Assembly: GCA_034530875.2 (NCBI GenBank)
Contig: JAVRCJ020000076.1
Span: 1 to 15,126 of the forward strand
Direction of reading: 5' to 3'
Length of the DNA: 15,126 bases
Source: Nostoc sp. DedSLP01
Lineage (GTDB): Bacteria > Cyanobacteriota > Cyanobacteriia > Cyanobacteriales > Nostocaceae
A program made the translations under genes and the position numbers. A model generated the notes under the pieces. That model was not told where the DNA came from, searched no databases, and saw nothing but the letters and a program-made list of their open reading frames with translations. Shown piece after piece: positions 1 through 9,195 of this stretch. How positions within the stretch are numbered: the stretch's first letter is position 1; every line of letters starts with the position of its first letter.

Positions 1-251
1 TTGCTTCACCGATAAATTATTTAACGCATCCTTTAGCGCCAACTTTATTAATTTACGGCAGTCGCGACCATGTGGTAGAAGCCCGATTTGGCAGACAGAT
101 GTATGAACGTTTACGTGCTGAGGGTAACACTGCGGTTTTTCTAGAAATTCCTTGGGCAGAACACGCTTTTGATGCTGTTTTTAATGGTGTGAGCAATCAA
201 TTAGCGCTGTATTATACTGAGAGGTTTTTAGCTTGGGCATTGGGAAGTTGA
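1..251 (+). CDS. Alpha/beta hydrolase (esterase/lipase), C-terminal part; gene starts before the window
   Basis: My translation from position 3 gives ASPINYLTHPLAPTLLIYGSRDHVVEARFGRQMYERLRAEGNTAVFLEIPWAEHAFDAVFNGVSNQLALYYTERFLAWALGS*. PTLLIYGxxD (catalytic Asp) and WAEHAFD (catalytic His) are typical alpha/beta hydrolase motifs. Stop TGA at 249-251. Confidence 0.9.
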   Translation, partial: ASPINYLTHPLAPTLLIYGSRDHVVEARFGRQMYERLRAEGNTAVFLEIPWAEHAFDAVFNGVSNQLALYYTERFLAWALGS

Positions 252-464
252 GAGACGCGATGAACCCTTGTCTGTACAAGATTTAAGATTATTCCCCTTG
301 TCTCCTTCCTCCATCCAGCTACCTGTGACACCAGCGCCAGTTATAGCGATTCCATTCGTAGATTCCTTGAATTTCATACTCAGCGCTGTTGAAGAAGCGG
401 ACGATGCAATTAGTACAGGAGTTACCGGGTAGGCGTAGCCCATCTTAGACATCGCTAATTTCAT
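228..464 (-). pseudogene. Probable truncated N-terminal fragment of a secreted protein, with an in-frame SDR5-like insert
   Basis: Removing the 21-nt insert at 430-450 gives a signal-peptide-like start, MKLAI(P/A)VTPVLIASSASSTALS. The ORF ends by running into the convergent hydrolase gene. Confidence 0.35.
427..455. repeat. SDR5-like small dispersed repeat inserted in a degenerate HIP1 site
   Basis: GGG-TAGGCGTAGCCCATCTTAGAC-ATCGC resembles the Nostoc pattern GCG-TAGGCGTAGCCCGTCGTAGAC-ATCGC, a 21-nt insert inside GCG|ATCGC. Family assignment is from memory. Confidence 0.75.
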
Positions 465-640
465 TAAGCTGAATCACAATTGATGCTTCTAGGTTGCTCC
501 TCTGAATCCCCCTAGAATTGCATTCTGACTCCTGAATTCTTCAATTTGTGGTAGAATAAGTTTTTAGTTTGGCGATCGCAGTTTCTTTGAGAGTATGACC
601 TCTTGATGATTTTTGCCCGCAGACTAAAGTTTGCAGAGTA

Positions 641-1831
641 TTATATTGAATTTTTTAAGCTAGAAGCTGTTTTTTCTGGATTACCAGAAAATGGAAAAAC
701 TAAGATGCTCTTGATATTTGGATTATTAACTAATTCTTTTAAGCGGCTTATTTGGTAATCTGTAATTGCAATCCCTGCATATTTTTGAGCATAGTTTAAT
801 TCTTCAGCAAAGTTACTATCATTGTAGGCTTGAATGAATACGCGATCGACGCCCCATTTTTCCCAATCAGCCGCAAAATATCTTTTAGCCCAATAAGGGT
901 TATGATGGCAAATATCAAAGCTTACAGACTTATTAGCTTTTTTCATAGAAGTGACCATTTGTTGCACAAATTTAGTTAAATTTGCAGTGCGGTCAACTTT
1001 CCCCGGTAATTCAGCATGATAGCCAAGATAATCATCCCATTGAACTGCATCAATATTCGGATATTTTTTGACAAACTCTACTAAAATGTTTTCAAAAAAA
1101 TTCGCAACCTCAGGAATCTCTACATCAAGTACGTAATGATCGATTCCAGAATAGGTTTTATCTACCCCTGGAACAATCCATTTTCGTGTAACTGCTAAGT
1201 CAAAAATTGGGCTATTTGTATCTATTTTAATTCCCTTCTCGAAGTAAGCATGAACTTGCATTCCTTGTTTATGTGCCTCATCAATCAACCAATTTAACCA
1301 TTGTTCCTGAAACTGGTTTGGGCAACTGTTATAACCTAGAGTTTGCTGCATAACTTCGCTTTTGTACATCGTACAACCATTTCCCCAAACACCGTGAATA
1401 ATAGTATTAATTCCTTGAGAGCGATAGTAACGAACTCTTTGACGAATAGTTTGCTCGTCTGCATTATTTGTAACTTGGTAGCGAGTGATATAAATTCCTC
1501 TAATTACTTTTTTCTCCCAAGGAGTAGAAGGTAATGGCGTTTTTTTAAGTTGTGTTGCTTCGCTTATTTTTTCGTTATTTTTAATACCTGAATTTATAGG
1601 AGTTGATAAAGAATTAGTCGGGCTTGAAGAGGCACTAGGAATAGGGAATGAGGATGCGGATGGAGCAGGAGTAGGAATAGTGATTTCTTGTTTATTTGGT
1701 AAAAATTTACTGATATCTAGATTTCCTTTCTGGCTGAACCACCAGTAGCCACCTCCTAAGACAGCTATAATTACAGAAAATGGAATATTTAAACATCCAC
1801 ATCCACTTGACTCTTTTTTTTGCTGCGGCAT
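641..1831 (-). CDS. Membrane-anchored glycoside hydrolase family 10-like (GHL10/DUF187) protein
   Basis: 396-aa ORF with an N-terminal TM anchor and a Ser/Pro-rich linker. Domain motifs IRGIYIT, GINTIIHGVW, LIDEAHKQGMQVHAYFE and YPNIDAVQWDDY match GHL10. Confidence 0.85.
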   Translation of the reverse strand: MPQQKKESSGCGCLNIPFSVIIAVLGGGYWWFSQKGNLDISKFLPNKQEITIPTPAPSASSFPIPSASSSPTNSLSTPINSGIKNNEKISEATQLKKTPLPSTPWEKKVIRGIYITRYQVTNNADEQTIRQRVRYYRSQGINTIIHGVWGNGCTMYKSEVMQQTLGYNSCPNQFQEQWLNWLIDEAHKQGMQVHAYFEKGIKIDTNSPIFDLAVTRKWIVPGVDKTYSGIDHYVLDVEIPEVANFFENILVEFVKKYPNIDAVQWDDYLGYHAELPGKVDRTANLTKFVQQMVTSMKKANKSVSFDICHHNPYWAKRYFAADWEKWGVDRVFIQAYNDSNFAEELNYAQKYAGIAITDYQISRLKELVNNPNIKSILVFPFSGNPEKTASSLKNSI

Positions 1832-1963
1832 ATTAATTTTAAAATTATTAGTTGATACTGCTTTAATATTTACAGACTATTACAATTTTACGTTGATATT
1901 TTCCAGATAGAATCTCTATAAACTACGAGTAAAATTTGATTAGCATCGCCACATCCTTGAAAA

Positions 1964-1996
1964 AATTGAAAGTTGGGTTAGTACCAACTTTCAATT
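1964..1996 (-). terminator. Probable intrinsic terminator of the 2111..2584 gene
   Basis: Perfect 13-bp inverted repeat AATTGAAAGTTGG-gttagta-CCAACTTTCAATT, followed by a T run on the minus strand. Confidence 0.6.
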
Positions 1997-2110
1997 GAAA
2001 AATTTAGCTTTAATAGCGAATAGTAGACGGTTTTTCGTTATCTTGAGAGGATGCTACAGAAATTTATAATCTATTCTCCACAAGGAATAACACCACATAG
2101 GAACGCTTAA

Positions 2111-2584
2111 TTATACTTGTCCATAAATAATTTGAGCCAATTCAGTACGACTGCGATTTGCTTCTGACCAAAAAGCTAACCAAAAGATTACTAGCATCAG
2201 TATAGGCATCCCTAGAAATAGCGGAGCCACATAGTTAGGCATAGGGCCTGTTAGTGTGATAGGAATAATTGCACCATACCAGCAGAAAAACCAGAATCCT
2301 AAAAATGTCATCACAAAAGGATGCACGCTCATTTGTATATGAACCATTGTCTCCTCGGATTCTACTTCAAAGCGTCCTCGAATCACTGGTAAAAAGGAGT
2401 TACGGTAGTGAATTATACGGCTGATTTGAAAGCCTTCCTCAGAAATCCTTCCTTGATAAGGCGCATGTTTTGTAGAAAATCTAAATGTTTTGGTGGGTTC
2501 GACTTTTGCATTTAGCCGTTGCAGAACTAGAGGCAATGCCTCAGGTGTCGAAATCGTAAAGTTATCGTTGGGTAATACTTTCAT
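2111..2584 (-). CDS. Hypothetical membrane protein with two C-terminal TM helices
   Basis: 157-aa ORF with an RIIHYRNSFLPVIRG motif and two hydrophobic segments near the C-terminus. Confidence 0.8.
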   Translation of the reverse strand: MKVLPNDNFTISTPEALPLVLQRLNAKVEPTKTFRFSTKHAPYQGRISEEGFQISRIIHYRNSFLPVIRGRFEVESEETMVHIQMSVHPFVMTFLGFWFFCWYGAIIPITLTGPMPNYVAPLFLGMPILMLVIFWLAFWSEANRSRTELAQIIYGQV

Positions 2585-2986
2585 ATTGATTGAAGTTGCT
2601 GGCTGACAAAAAAACCTCGGTGATTTGTAATATCAACCCCGTTAGTTTATTCAACGTAGGGTCTGGTTTTAAGTTTTCCCTCAGCAATGGCTTTTCTAAC
2701 AAAAGAATTTTGGCAAAAAGTGAGCATTGGGCATGAGAAGAGGACACTCCTAATGACCACCTGTCTTTTCCCATAGCATCAGAAAATTTAGAAATTCCGA
2801 TCGCAGGTTGGTTTTGCAGAAATTCATGTTGTTGGGCACAATCAGCAAAAATTACAATAATTCCGCAATAATTGGAGCAATTTCTCTCTAGCTGAGAATT
2901 TGCAGATGCATCAATCGGAGAAATTGCCAAGGCTAATTTCTGTTGATAGAAAAACAATCTTTTTGAGCCTAGATTGCTTTTGGCGA

Positions 2987-4357
2987 TCATAATCCTAGTC
3001 GCGCAGAGAAATACTGGCGGTATAACTGGCAGCGAGGCTCGACTTCATTGCCAGACAGTTGCACCAATCCCATACTCTGTAATTTATAAGCAGATAAAGG
3101 TTCTAATTGCACGCGGCTAGGGGAAGTGATAACTTTTTGAAATGCGATCGCTAAGGCTGGATGGTCTTGTAAATTTAACCAAAATTCCCGCAAATGGTTA
3201 CCATAAATGCCGGCTTCTGTAGGTGCTGCTGCTAAAAGGTCTTCTCTGGCGACATCGGGATGACTTTTGAGATAAACGAACGCTTGCTTCAAGAGATAAG
3301 GATGCCCTCCCACTAGACTCATTAATAGCTCAACCCAGGTGGATTCATTTTCCAGCCCATATTGTTGAGCAAGGTCTTGTACTTGTTCGTGGGTAAATTC
3401 TGATAGTTCAATTAGCAAGCCAACATTAAAGGGAGATTTATTAATATTAAGCCGGATATAAATATCAGTCGAATGGGCAAGAATTAAGCGCAGTTTCTTC
3501 CAGTTTTGCCGACTTCTTGCCTTCTCATACCAAGACCGCAATAGTCCAAAAAATTCCTCATAAATTTCCGGATAAGGAAACAGTAAATCAACATCATCTA
3601 AACAGAGGACGAGAGGACTATCTGCCTGAGCTAAGAGATATTCTTCAAAATAGCTGGTACAACTGACTTTACTGCCCATTCCAGCCTCATCCCAATAGTC
3701 TTCTAACTGATTTGGTACGCCTAATTCTCGACTGAGGTTAATCCCAAACCAGCGCAAGAATTTATCAAGATTACTAAAATGGGTTTTGTGATCGGCAAGT
3801 TCCAAGCTTAGACTCACAGTCTGATAGTTGTGAGCAGCAACTTGAGTTAATACTCGGTTAATTAAGGAGGTTTTTCCCATCAAGTTGGGGGCTTTAATCC
3901 GAATCAGAGAACCAGGTTGCAAAAGAGTTTCATAACAAATAGATTCAATGGGAGGCCGTTCAATATAGCAATCGGAAATTAACGCATCTATGGTGGCATA
4001 GTTAATCTTTGTTTGGACAATTTCTGGTGAATATTCGCTATCGCTCAAAGTTCGATCAATTTTTTCGCTTTCGGATATGAGCTGCTGTTCGTAATAACGT
4101 TTTAACGCTTCTTTCAAATTGCCTTTTTTCACCTTTTCTCCCAATGCTTTTGAGAGGGTTTTCCAAAGTTTTGGGGCAACATCTTGACTAAGATAACTGG
4201 TTGCATATTGATGTTTGGCTGCCATTTGGTCGTATTCTTCTCGGTTCCACGCTCCTTGAATAACAATAATTTCTACATCATTTAAATTTCTTTGTGTTTC
4301 TAATAAAAATGCTTGATTGGCAATTTTAATACCTATTTGTAAATCAAAATTTTTCAT
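2987..4357 (-). CDS. AAA_35 (AAA-like) NTPase with N-terminal putative HTH domain; candidate transcriptional regulator
   Basis: Walker A-like IKAPNLMGKTSL, Walker B LVLCLDDVD, plus SPFNVG and VGGHPYL motifs of AAA_35. The N-terminal LNDVEIIVIQGAW...Y..MA....Y...YL...VAPKLWKTLSKALGEKVKK segment is the helical module seen at the start of many cyanobacterial NB-ARC/AAA proteins. I prefer the ATG at 4357 over the TTG at 4444. Confidence 0.85.
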   Translation of the reverse strand: MKNFDLQIGIKIANQAFLLETQRNLNDVEIIVIQGAWNREEYDQMAAKHQYATSYLSQDVAPKLWKTLSKALGEKVKKGNLKEALKRYYEQQLISESEKIDRTLSDSEYSPEIVQTKINYATIDALISDCYIERPPIESICYETLLQPGSLIRIKAPNLMGKTSLINRVLTQVAAHNYQTVSLSLELADHKTHFSNLDKFLRWFGINLSRELGVPNQLEDYWDEAGMGSKVSCTSYFEEYLLAQADSPLVLCLDDVDLLFPYPEIYEEFFGLLRSWYEKARSRQNWKKLRLILAHSTDIYIRLNINKSPFNVGLLIELSEFTHEQVQDLAQQYGLENESTWVELLMSLVGGHPYLLKQAFVYLKSHPDVAREDLLAAAPTEAGIYGNHLREFWLNLQDHPALAIAFQKVITSPSRVQLEPLSAYKLQSMGLVQLSGNEVEPRCQLYRQYFSARLGL

Positions 4358-4419
4358 ATTAAAACTTAATATTAAATAATTTTTTAAAAGAGAATAAATG
4401 ACTCTATAACCCTCAAGAT

Positions 4420-4500
4420 TTAATTTTACCTGACTAGCTCTCAAATTTACTTGAAATAACAGACATTAAATGAGTTTTTCGAGTTCTAATGTGGTAAAAT
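4420..4500. promoter_or_regulatory. Divergent promoter region with degenerate TTTAC(C/T)TGA repeats and an extended -10 for the WD40 gene
   Basis: TTTACCTGA at 4425 and TTTACTTGA at 4446 are 21 bp apart. TGgTAAAAT lies at 4492-4500. Confidence 0.4.
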
Positions 4501-4555
4501 TCTAGACTTAGTATGGAGTTGGCAGGTTTTTCACAACCTCCAAAAAGAATGCCTT

Positions 4556-7500
4556 ATGTTTATTAAGGAGGGTCTACTCTATCAAGTCGGGGGAAGTTTA
4601 CCGGCTGATGCACCTACATATATCCAGCGACAAGCCGATACATATTTATATGAAAACTTAAAATTGGGACAATTCTGTTATGTTCTCAACTCCCGGCAGA
4701 TGGGCAAATCTAGCTTGCGGGTACGTATGATGCAGCGATTGCAAACTGAAGGATTTGCTTGTGCCGATATTGATTTAACAGAAATTGGTAGCGAGAATAT
4801 TACCCCAGACCAATGGTATCTTGGATTTATCAAAAGTCTGACCAGTTGTTTTTCAGTTTCTTTGTCGGAACGGGGCAAATTGTCGGCGTGGTGGCATCAA
4901 GAAGATTCTTTATCACCGCTGCAACGATTGAGTGGTTTTATTGAAGAAATTTTATTAAAAGAAATTGAGCAAAATATTGTTATCTTTATTGATGAAATTG
5001 ATAGTGTTATTAGCCTCAATTTTCCAGCCGATGATTTCTTTGCCTTGATCCGCGCCTGTTACAATCGACGGGCCGATCGCCTGGTTTATAATCGTCTAAC
5101 ATTTGTATTATTGGGAGTTGCAACGCCTGGCGATCTGATTGCAGATAAGAGCCGCACTCCGTTTAATATTGGTCATGGGATTCAGCTAGAGGGGTTTAAG
5201 TGGTCAGAAATTACCCCTTTAGTTCAAGGATTAGCCAACAAGATAGAGAATCCACAGGCAGTAATGAAAGCAATTGTGGAATGGACAGGGGGACAGCCCT
5301 TTCTCACACAAAAGTTGTGTCGGCTGATTTCGGTTTTTCCGGTTTACCTGACCGCAGGCAGTGAAGCCGAGTTGATTGAGCAAATCGTGCGATCGCATCT
5401 CATTGACAATTGGGAATATCAAGACAATCCAGAACATCTAAGAACGATCCGCGATCGCCTACTGAGCAATGAGCAGCGTGCGAGTCGCCTACTGGGACTA
5501 TATCAACAAATATTACAGCAGGAAGTTGTCGCCGATGACAGTTCCGAACAGATGGAACTGCGGCTGACAGGGCTGGTAGTCAAGCAACAAGGTATTCTCA
5601 AAGTTTATAACCAGATTTATCGGATTGTTTTTGATGGTGATTGGGTAGAGCAGCAATTAGCTTCTCTGCGTCCCTACTGTGAAGGGTTTACTGCTTGGTT
5701 AGAGTCAAATTACCAGGATGAATCACGCCTGCTGCGGGGTCAAGCATTGCAAGAGGCGCAAAGCTGGTCAATAGGGAAAAGTTTAAGTGATTTGGATTAT
5801 CAATTTTTGGCACAGAGCGAAGATTGCGATCGCCGAGAAGTGCAACAAGCCCTAGAAGCAGCAAGACTCAAGGAAGTGGAAGCCCGTTTGAGTGCTGAGA
5901 AAAAAACGGCTAAACTCCAGCGATTTCTGCTAGGGGCAGTCAGTATTGCCCTAGTAGTGTCCTCCGGGTTAGGGGTGACAGCTTTCTTCCAGTATCGCAA
6001 AGCACTTAAAAATGAGATTGGGGCGATCGCTCAATACTCAGAAGCTCTCTTTGTTTCCAATCAACGCTTAGACGCACTGGTAGAGGCTATTAAAGGCAAG
6101 CAAAAACTGCTTTCATTCGGTAATGCAGATGCAGATTTAACTGAACAGGTAGAAAAATCTTTACGGCAGGGAGTCTATGGAGCAGTTGAGTACAACCGCT
6201 TGTCAGGGCATGGTGTTGAGGTTTATGCCGTTGATTTCAGCCCCGATGGGAAATTAATTGCTTCGGGAGGTGAGGACAGTCTAGTTAAACTCTGGAAGTC
6301 TGATGGAACTTTACTGAAAACCCTAACAGGGCATGAATCTGAGATTTACGTCATTACTTTCAGCCCCGATAATCAGCTCATTGCCTCAGGAAGTTCAGAC
6401 AACACCTTCAAACTCTGGAAGCCCGATGGAACTTTGCTGAAAACCGTCAAGGGTCATAGCGCTGCCGTTTGGGGCATTTCTTTTAGCCATGATAGTCGTT
6501 TAATTGCCTCCTCAAGTGCAGATGAAACGGTCAAAGTTTGGCGGCGAGATGGTACATTGCTGCAAACTCTTAAAGGGCATCGCGGTAGCGTTGTAGCAGT
6601 TGCCATTAGTCCTGATAGCCGTTTAATTGCCTCCTCAAGTGTGGATGGAACGGTCAAACTATGGCGGCGAAAAGGTGCGAACAGTTCTTACACAGCCTAT
6701 AAAACCCTAACAGGACATATCAGGGGCACTATAATTTATGCTGTAGCTTTCAGCCCCGACAGCAGTTTAATTGCCTCAGCAGGACAAGACAAGACGATTA
6801 AACTCTGGAAACGAAATAGCGCGGGTGAGTTTGAAAACCATCCCTACAAAAGCCTAGAGGGACACAGTAGCCCTATTTGGGGGATACATTTTAGTCCTGA
6901 TGGGTCTTTTATTGCCTCAGGAAGTGCGGACAATACCACTAAACTCTGGAGTCCCGATGGTAGATTGCTAAAAACCCTAGAAGGTCATAGCTCTCTGGTT
7001 TGGGGAGTTTCCATTGCTCCTGATAGTAATGCGATCGCTACAGCGAGTTACGACAAAACTGTGAGACTTTATAAGAAGAATACCCCCCTGCTCCGCACCC
7101 TAACTCAAAAGACTGATTCATTTACAAAAGCAATTTTCAGTCCTGATGGGTCTTTTATTGCCTCAGGAAGTGTGGATGGAACAGTTAAACTCTGGAAAAC
7201 AGACGGTACATTGCTTCGTACCTTAACAGGCTATAATTCTGAGATTTGGGGAGTTGCCTTCAGCCCTGACGGCAAAACTATTGCCTCGACGAGTCTGGTG
7301 GACAAAACGATCGAACTCTGGAACGCTTCAAACGGTAAGTTGCTTCGTACCCTAACAGGTCATAGTGATGGAGTTTGGAGAGTTGCCTTCAGCCCCGACA
7401 GCAAAACTATTGCCTCATCAAGCGTGGATAAGACAGTCAAACTCTGGAACGTTGCTGACGGCAAGTTACTTCGTACCTTCACAGGCCATAGAACTATGGT

Positions 7501-8101
7501 TTGGGGAGTTGCTTTCAGCCCTGACGGCAAAACTATTGCCTCGGTGAGCCAGAACAACACCGTCAAACTCTGGAATGCTGCTGATGGCAAGTTAGTTCGT
7601 ACCTTAACGCAGGGTTACGGAGATTGGGTTTGGGGAGTTGCCTTCAGCCCTGACGGTAAGACTATTGCTTCGGGGAGTGTCAACACTGTCACATTATGGA
7701 ACGCTGCTGATGGCAAGTTGCTTCGCTCCCTCAAAGGTCATAACGATGCAGTATACGAAGTTGCCTTCAGCCCCGACAGTAAAATGATTGCCACGGCAAG
7801 TCTCGACAAGACAGTTAAACTCTGGCAATTAGATGGTACATTGCTGCGTACCTTAAATCTTCATAGCTCTGGGGTTTCTGGGGTTGATTTTAGTCCCGAT
7901 GGGAAAACACTTGTTTCGGCTTCTTTAGACAGGAGCATTATTCTCTGGAATTTGGAGCAGGTTCTCAATCTCGACTTATTGGCTTATGGTTGCAATTGGG
8001 TAGGCGATTATTTACGGACGAATGCTGGGGTGAAGGAAAGCGATCGCCATCTTTGCGATCGGATACACCTCGATCCAATCTCCCGACAGACGCATAAATA
8101 G
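4556..8101 (+). CDS. AAA_35 NTPase - TM helix - 14x WD40 repeat protein (receptor-like)
   Basis: Walker A-like [10 protein letters not shown], Walker [17 protein letters not shown] and [11 protein letters not shown] motifs. Hydrophobic helix [23 protein letters not shown] count 14 WD40 units (GH...V..VAFSPDG...IAS.S.D.TVKLW), enough for two 7-bladed propellers. Confidence 0.95.
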   Translation: MFIKEGLLYQVGGSLPADAPTYIQRQADTYLYENLKLGQFCYVLNSRQMGKSSLRVRMMQRLQTEGFACADIDLTEIGSENITPDQWYLGFIKSLTSCFSVSLSERGKLSAWWHQEDSLSPLQRLSGFIEEILLKEIEQNIVIFIDEIDSVISLNFPADDFFALIRACYNRRADRLVYNRLTFVLLGVATPGDLIADKSRTPFNIGHGIQLEGFKWSEITPLVQGLANKIENPQAVMKAIVEWTGGQPFLTQKLCRLISVFPVYLTAGSEAELIEQIVRSHLIDNWEYQDNPEHLRTIRDRLLSNEQRASRLLGLYQQILQQEVVADDSSEQMELRLTGLVVKQQGILKVYNQIYRIVFDGDWVEQQLASLRPYCEGFTAWLESNYQDESRLLRGQALQEAQSWSIGKSLSDLDYQFLAQSEDCDRREVQQALEAARLKEVEARLSAEKKTAKLQRFLLGAVSIALVVSSGLGVTAFFQYRKALKNEIGAIAQYSEALFVSNQRLDALVEAIKGKQKLLSFGNADADLTEQVEKSLRQGVYGAVEYNRLSGHGVEVYAVDFSPDGKLIASGGEDSLVKLWKSDGTLLKTLTGHESEIYVITFSPDNQLIASGSSDNTFKLWKPDGTLLKTVKGHSAAVWGISFSHDSRLIASSSADETVKVWRRDGTLLQTLKGHRGSVVAVAISPDSRLIASSSVDGTVKLWRRKGANSSYTAYKTLTGHIRGTIIYAVAFSPDSSLIASAGQDKTIKLWKRNSAGEFENHPYKSLEGHSSPIWGIHFSPDGSFIASGSADNTTKLWSPDGRLLKTLEGHSSLVWGVSIAPDSNAIATASYDKTVRLYKKNTPLLRTLTQKTDSFTKAIFSPDGSFIASGSVDGTVKLWKTDGTLLRTLTGYNSEIWGVAFSPDGKTIASTSLVDKTIELWNASNGKLLRTLTGHSDGVWRVAFSPDSKTIASSSVDKTVKLWNVADGKLLRTFTGHRTMVWGVAFSPDGKTIASVSQNNTVKLWNAADGKLVRTLTQGYGDWVWGVAFSPDGKTIASGSVNTVTLWNAADGKLLRSLKGHNDAVYEVAFSPDSKMIATASLDKTVKLWQLDGTLLRTLNLHSSGVSGVDFSPDGKTLVSASLDRSIILWNLEQVLNLDLLAYGCNWVGDYLRTNAGVKESDRHLCDRIHLDPISRQTHK

Positions 8102-8180
8102 AGATTGCCAAAGCTATTGATAAAATATTTGCGTAATATTCTTGTAGTACTTTTTGTATTTTAGTCAGTAAATTTGCTCA

Positions 8181-8314
8181 GGCGATCGCTGTAATTACAG
8201 AAGTTCCGAAATAACACCTACCTGAATTTACCTGAATTTACCTGAATTCTATTTTTTTCTTATACTCCTGAATTTAACTCAACTATTTAATTGAATTATC
8301 CAAGATACTGACAT
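8181..8314 (+). promoter_or_regulatory. Duplicated upstream module A, copy 1, with phased CCTGAATT(T/C)(A/T) direct repeats
   Basis: Begins at a HIP1 site. Repeat units at 8221, 8231, 8241 and 8267. Closely matches 13000..13119 and lies 30 bp upstream of the ORF at 8344. Confidence 0.7.
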
Positions 8315-8343
8315 CAGAAAGTTGTTTTTAGGAAATTGTAATT

Positions 8344-8523
8344 ATGAAAAAAGATACAGCAGCACTCTCCAACCCAAATTGGTCAACCTGGGGGAATTTA
8401 TTGTCACAAGAGGAAGAAAATTGCATCAGAGGTGGAATGATAATAGATAAGAATATACAGTGGTTTGAGAATAGAGGAATAATCGTGCACACTATTGAAG
8501 GAGCCAGGATAAAAGCTTTTTAA
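8344..8523 (+). CDS. 59-aa double-glycine-leader peptide (bacteriocin/RiPP/signal precursor-like); not in ORF track
   Basis: My translation: MKKDTAALSNPNWSTWGNLLSQEEENCIRGG-MIIDKNIQWFENRGIIVHTIEGARIKAF*. LSxEExxxIxGG fits the GG-leader consensus. TAGGA lies upstream as a possible RBS. Confidence 0.75.
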   Translation: MKKDTAALSNPNWSTWGNLLSQEEENCIRGGMIIDKNIQWFENRGIIVHTIEGARIKAF

Positions 8524-8612
8524 AATACACGTAAATCATAAGTGTGAATCATACCTCACTCATGAAACTTACGTTAAATGCTCTTTTATTACTCTGAAAA
8601 AATAAAATATTT

Positions 8613-8690
8613 GTAGGTTGGTTAAACACAGTAAAACCCAACAAAATCAAGGATTATTAGTGTTGAGTTTCGTTCCTCAAACCAACCTAC
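8613..8690. repeat. GTAG-type REP doublet (REPIN-like)
   Basis: GTAGGTTGGTTAAACACAGTAAAACCCAAC is followed by an inverted copy whose reverse complement reads GTAGGTTGGTTTGAGGAACGAAACTCAAC. Confidence 0.75.
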
Positions 8691-8700
8691 GCCTAACATT

Positions 8701-8780
8701 GCGATCGCTCAAAGACAAGCTGAAACTTCAGCCAAAATGGGTAGTTTACCGTCGTACACATCGCGTCTAGTCCTCTCTTA
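8701..8780 (+). repeat. Duplicated module B, copy 1 (homologous to ~11008..11088 and 13123..13166), containing an 18-nt SDR5-like insert at 8742-8759
   Basis: Shared core TCAAAGACAA(G/C)CTGA(A/C)ACTTCAGCC(A/G)AA(A/G)TG. Starts at HIP1 8701. Confidence 0.8.
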
Positions 8781-8937
8781 GAGGATGTTTGAAAAGTCTT
8801 CTTCTCGGTATCAAAAGTTCTAGAACCCTCTAAAACCCCCGATCGATTGGTGGGCTTTGACTCCGATTCTCCGCTTTTTAATGAGAGAGGATCTAAAAGT
8901 GCCTATAGTCACAGTGAAACACTTTTCAAACAACCTT
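8781..8937. mobile_element. 157-bp MITE with 17-bp terminal inverted repeats and TTA target duplication (IS5-like ends)
   Basis: Left end GAGGATGTTTGAAAAGT and right end ACTTTTCAAACAACCTT match at 15/17. TTA flanks both sides (8778-8780, 8938-8940). The paralogous empty site has a single TTA at 11086-11088. Confidence 0.9.
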
Positions 8938-8998
8938 TTAGACGAATTCCGAAATCTACGACAGACAAGCTTAAACCTAAGCTAAACAGCAAAGATAT

Positions 8999-9181
8999 AA
9001 CGCACAAACATTCAATATGACCGTTGGCAAAATTTTAAGGCCAACATCATTGATGTATGCAGTGCTTCTCAAATCTTTAGACTTGACCGCAAAGACCTGC
9101 TCCAAACAGGTCTAGTTTAACTCTCTTTTCATTTTTTCTTTTCGCTTTCTCGTGAAGAAGCGATGAGGTAATTTCTTTATC
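8999..9181 (+). promoter_or_regulatory. Triplicated leader module C, copy 1, upstream of the PYER peptide gene
   Basis: Aligns by eye with 9600..9774 and 11167..11349. Contains palindrome ACATCA-T-TGATGT (9044-9056) and hairpins at 9093-9113 and 9142-9163. Homology with copy 3 extends left to 8938. Confidence 0.8.
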
Positions 9182-9195
9182 TTTCGGTGATTTAC

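Noticed and set aside
501..545. CCTGAATTCT at 531 as another operator site
   Set aside because: It sits in ATTCTGACTCCTGAATTCT, which looks like a common Nostoc short tandem repeat, and has no 10-bp-phased partner.
2562..2990. 142-aa ORF bridging the AAA gene and the membrane protein gene
   Set aside because: The ATGA overlap with the AAA stop is suggestive, but I see no recognisable motif, the composition is atypical and it overlaps the next gene. Not supportable without a homology search.
4678..7590. Short overlapping ORFs within the AAA-WD40 gene
   Set aside because: Fully nested in a long, well-supported CDS with no independent signals.
4556..8101. Diversity-generating retroelement acting on the WD40 or RTX repeats
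   Set aside because: No reverse transcriptase in the window, and differences between repeat copies are not confined to adenines.
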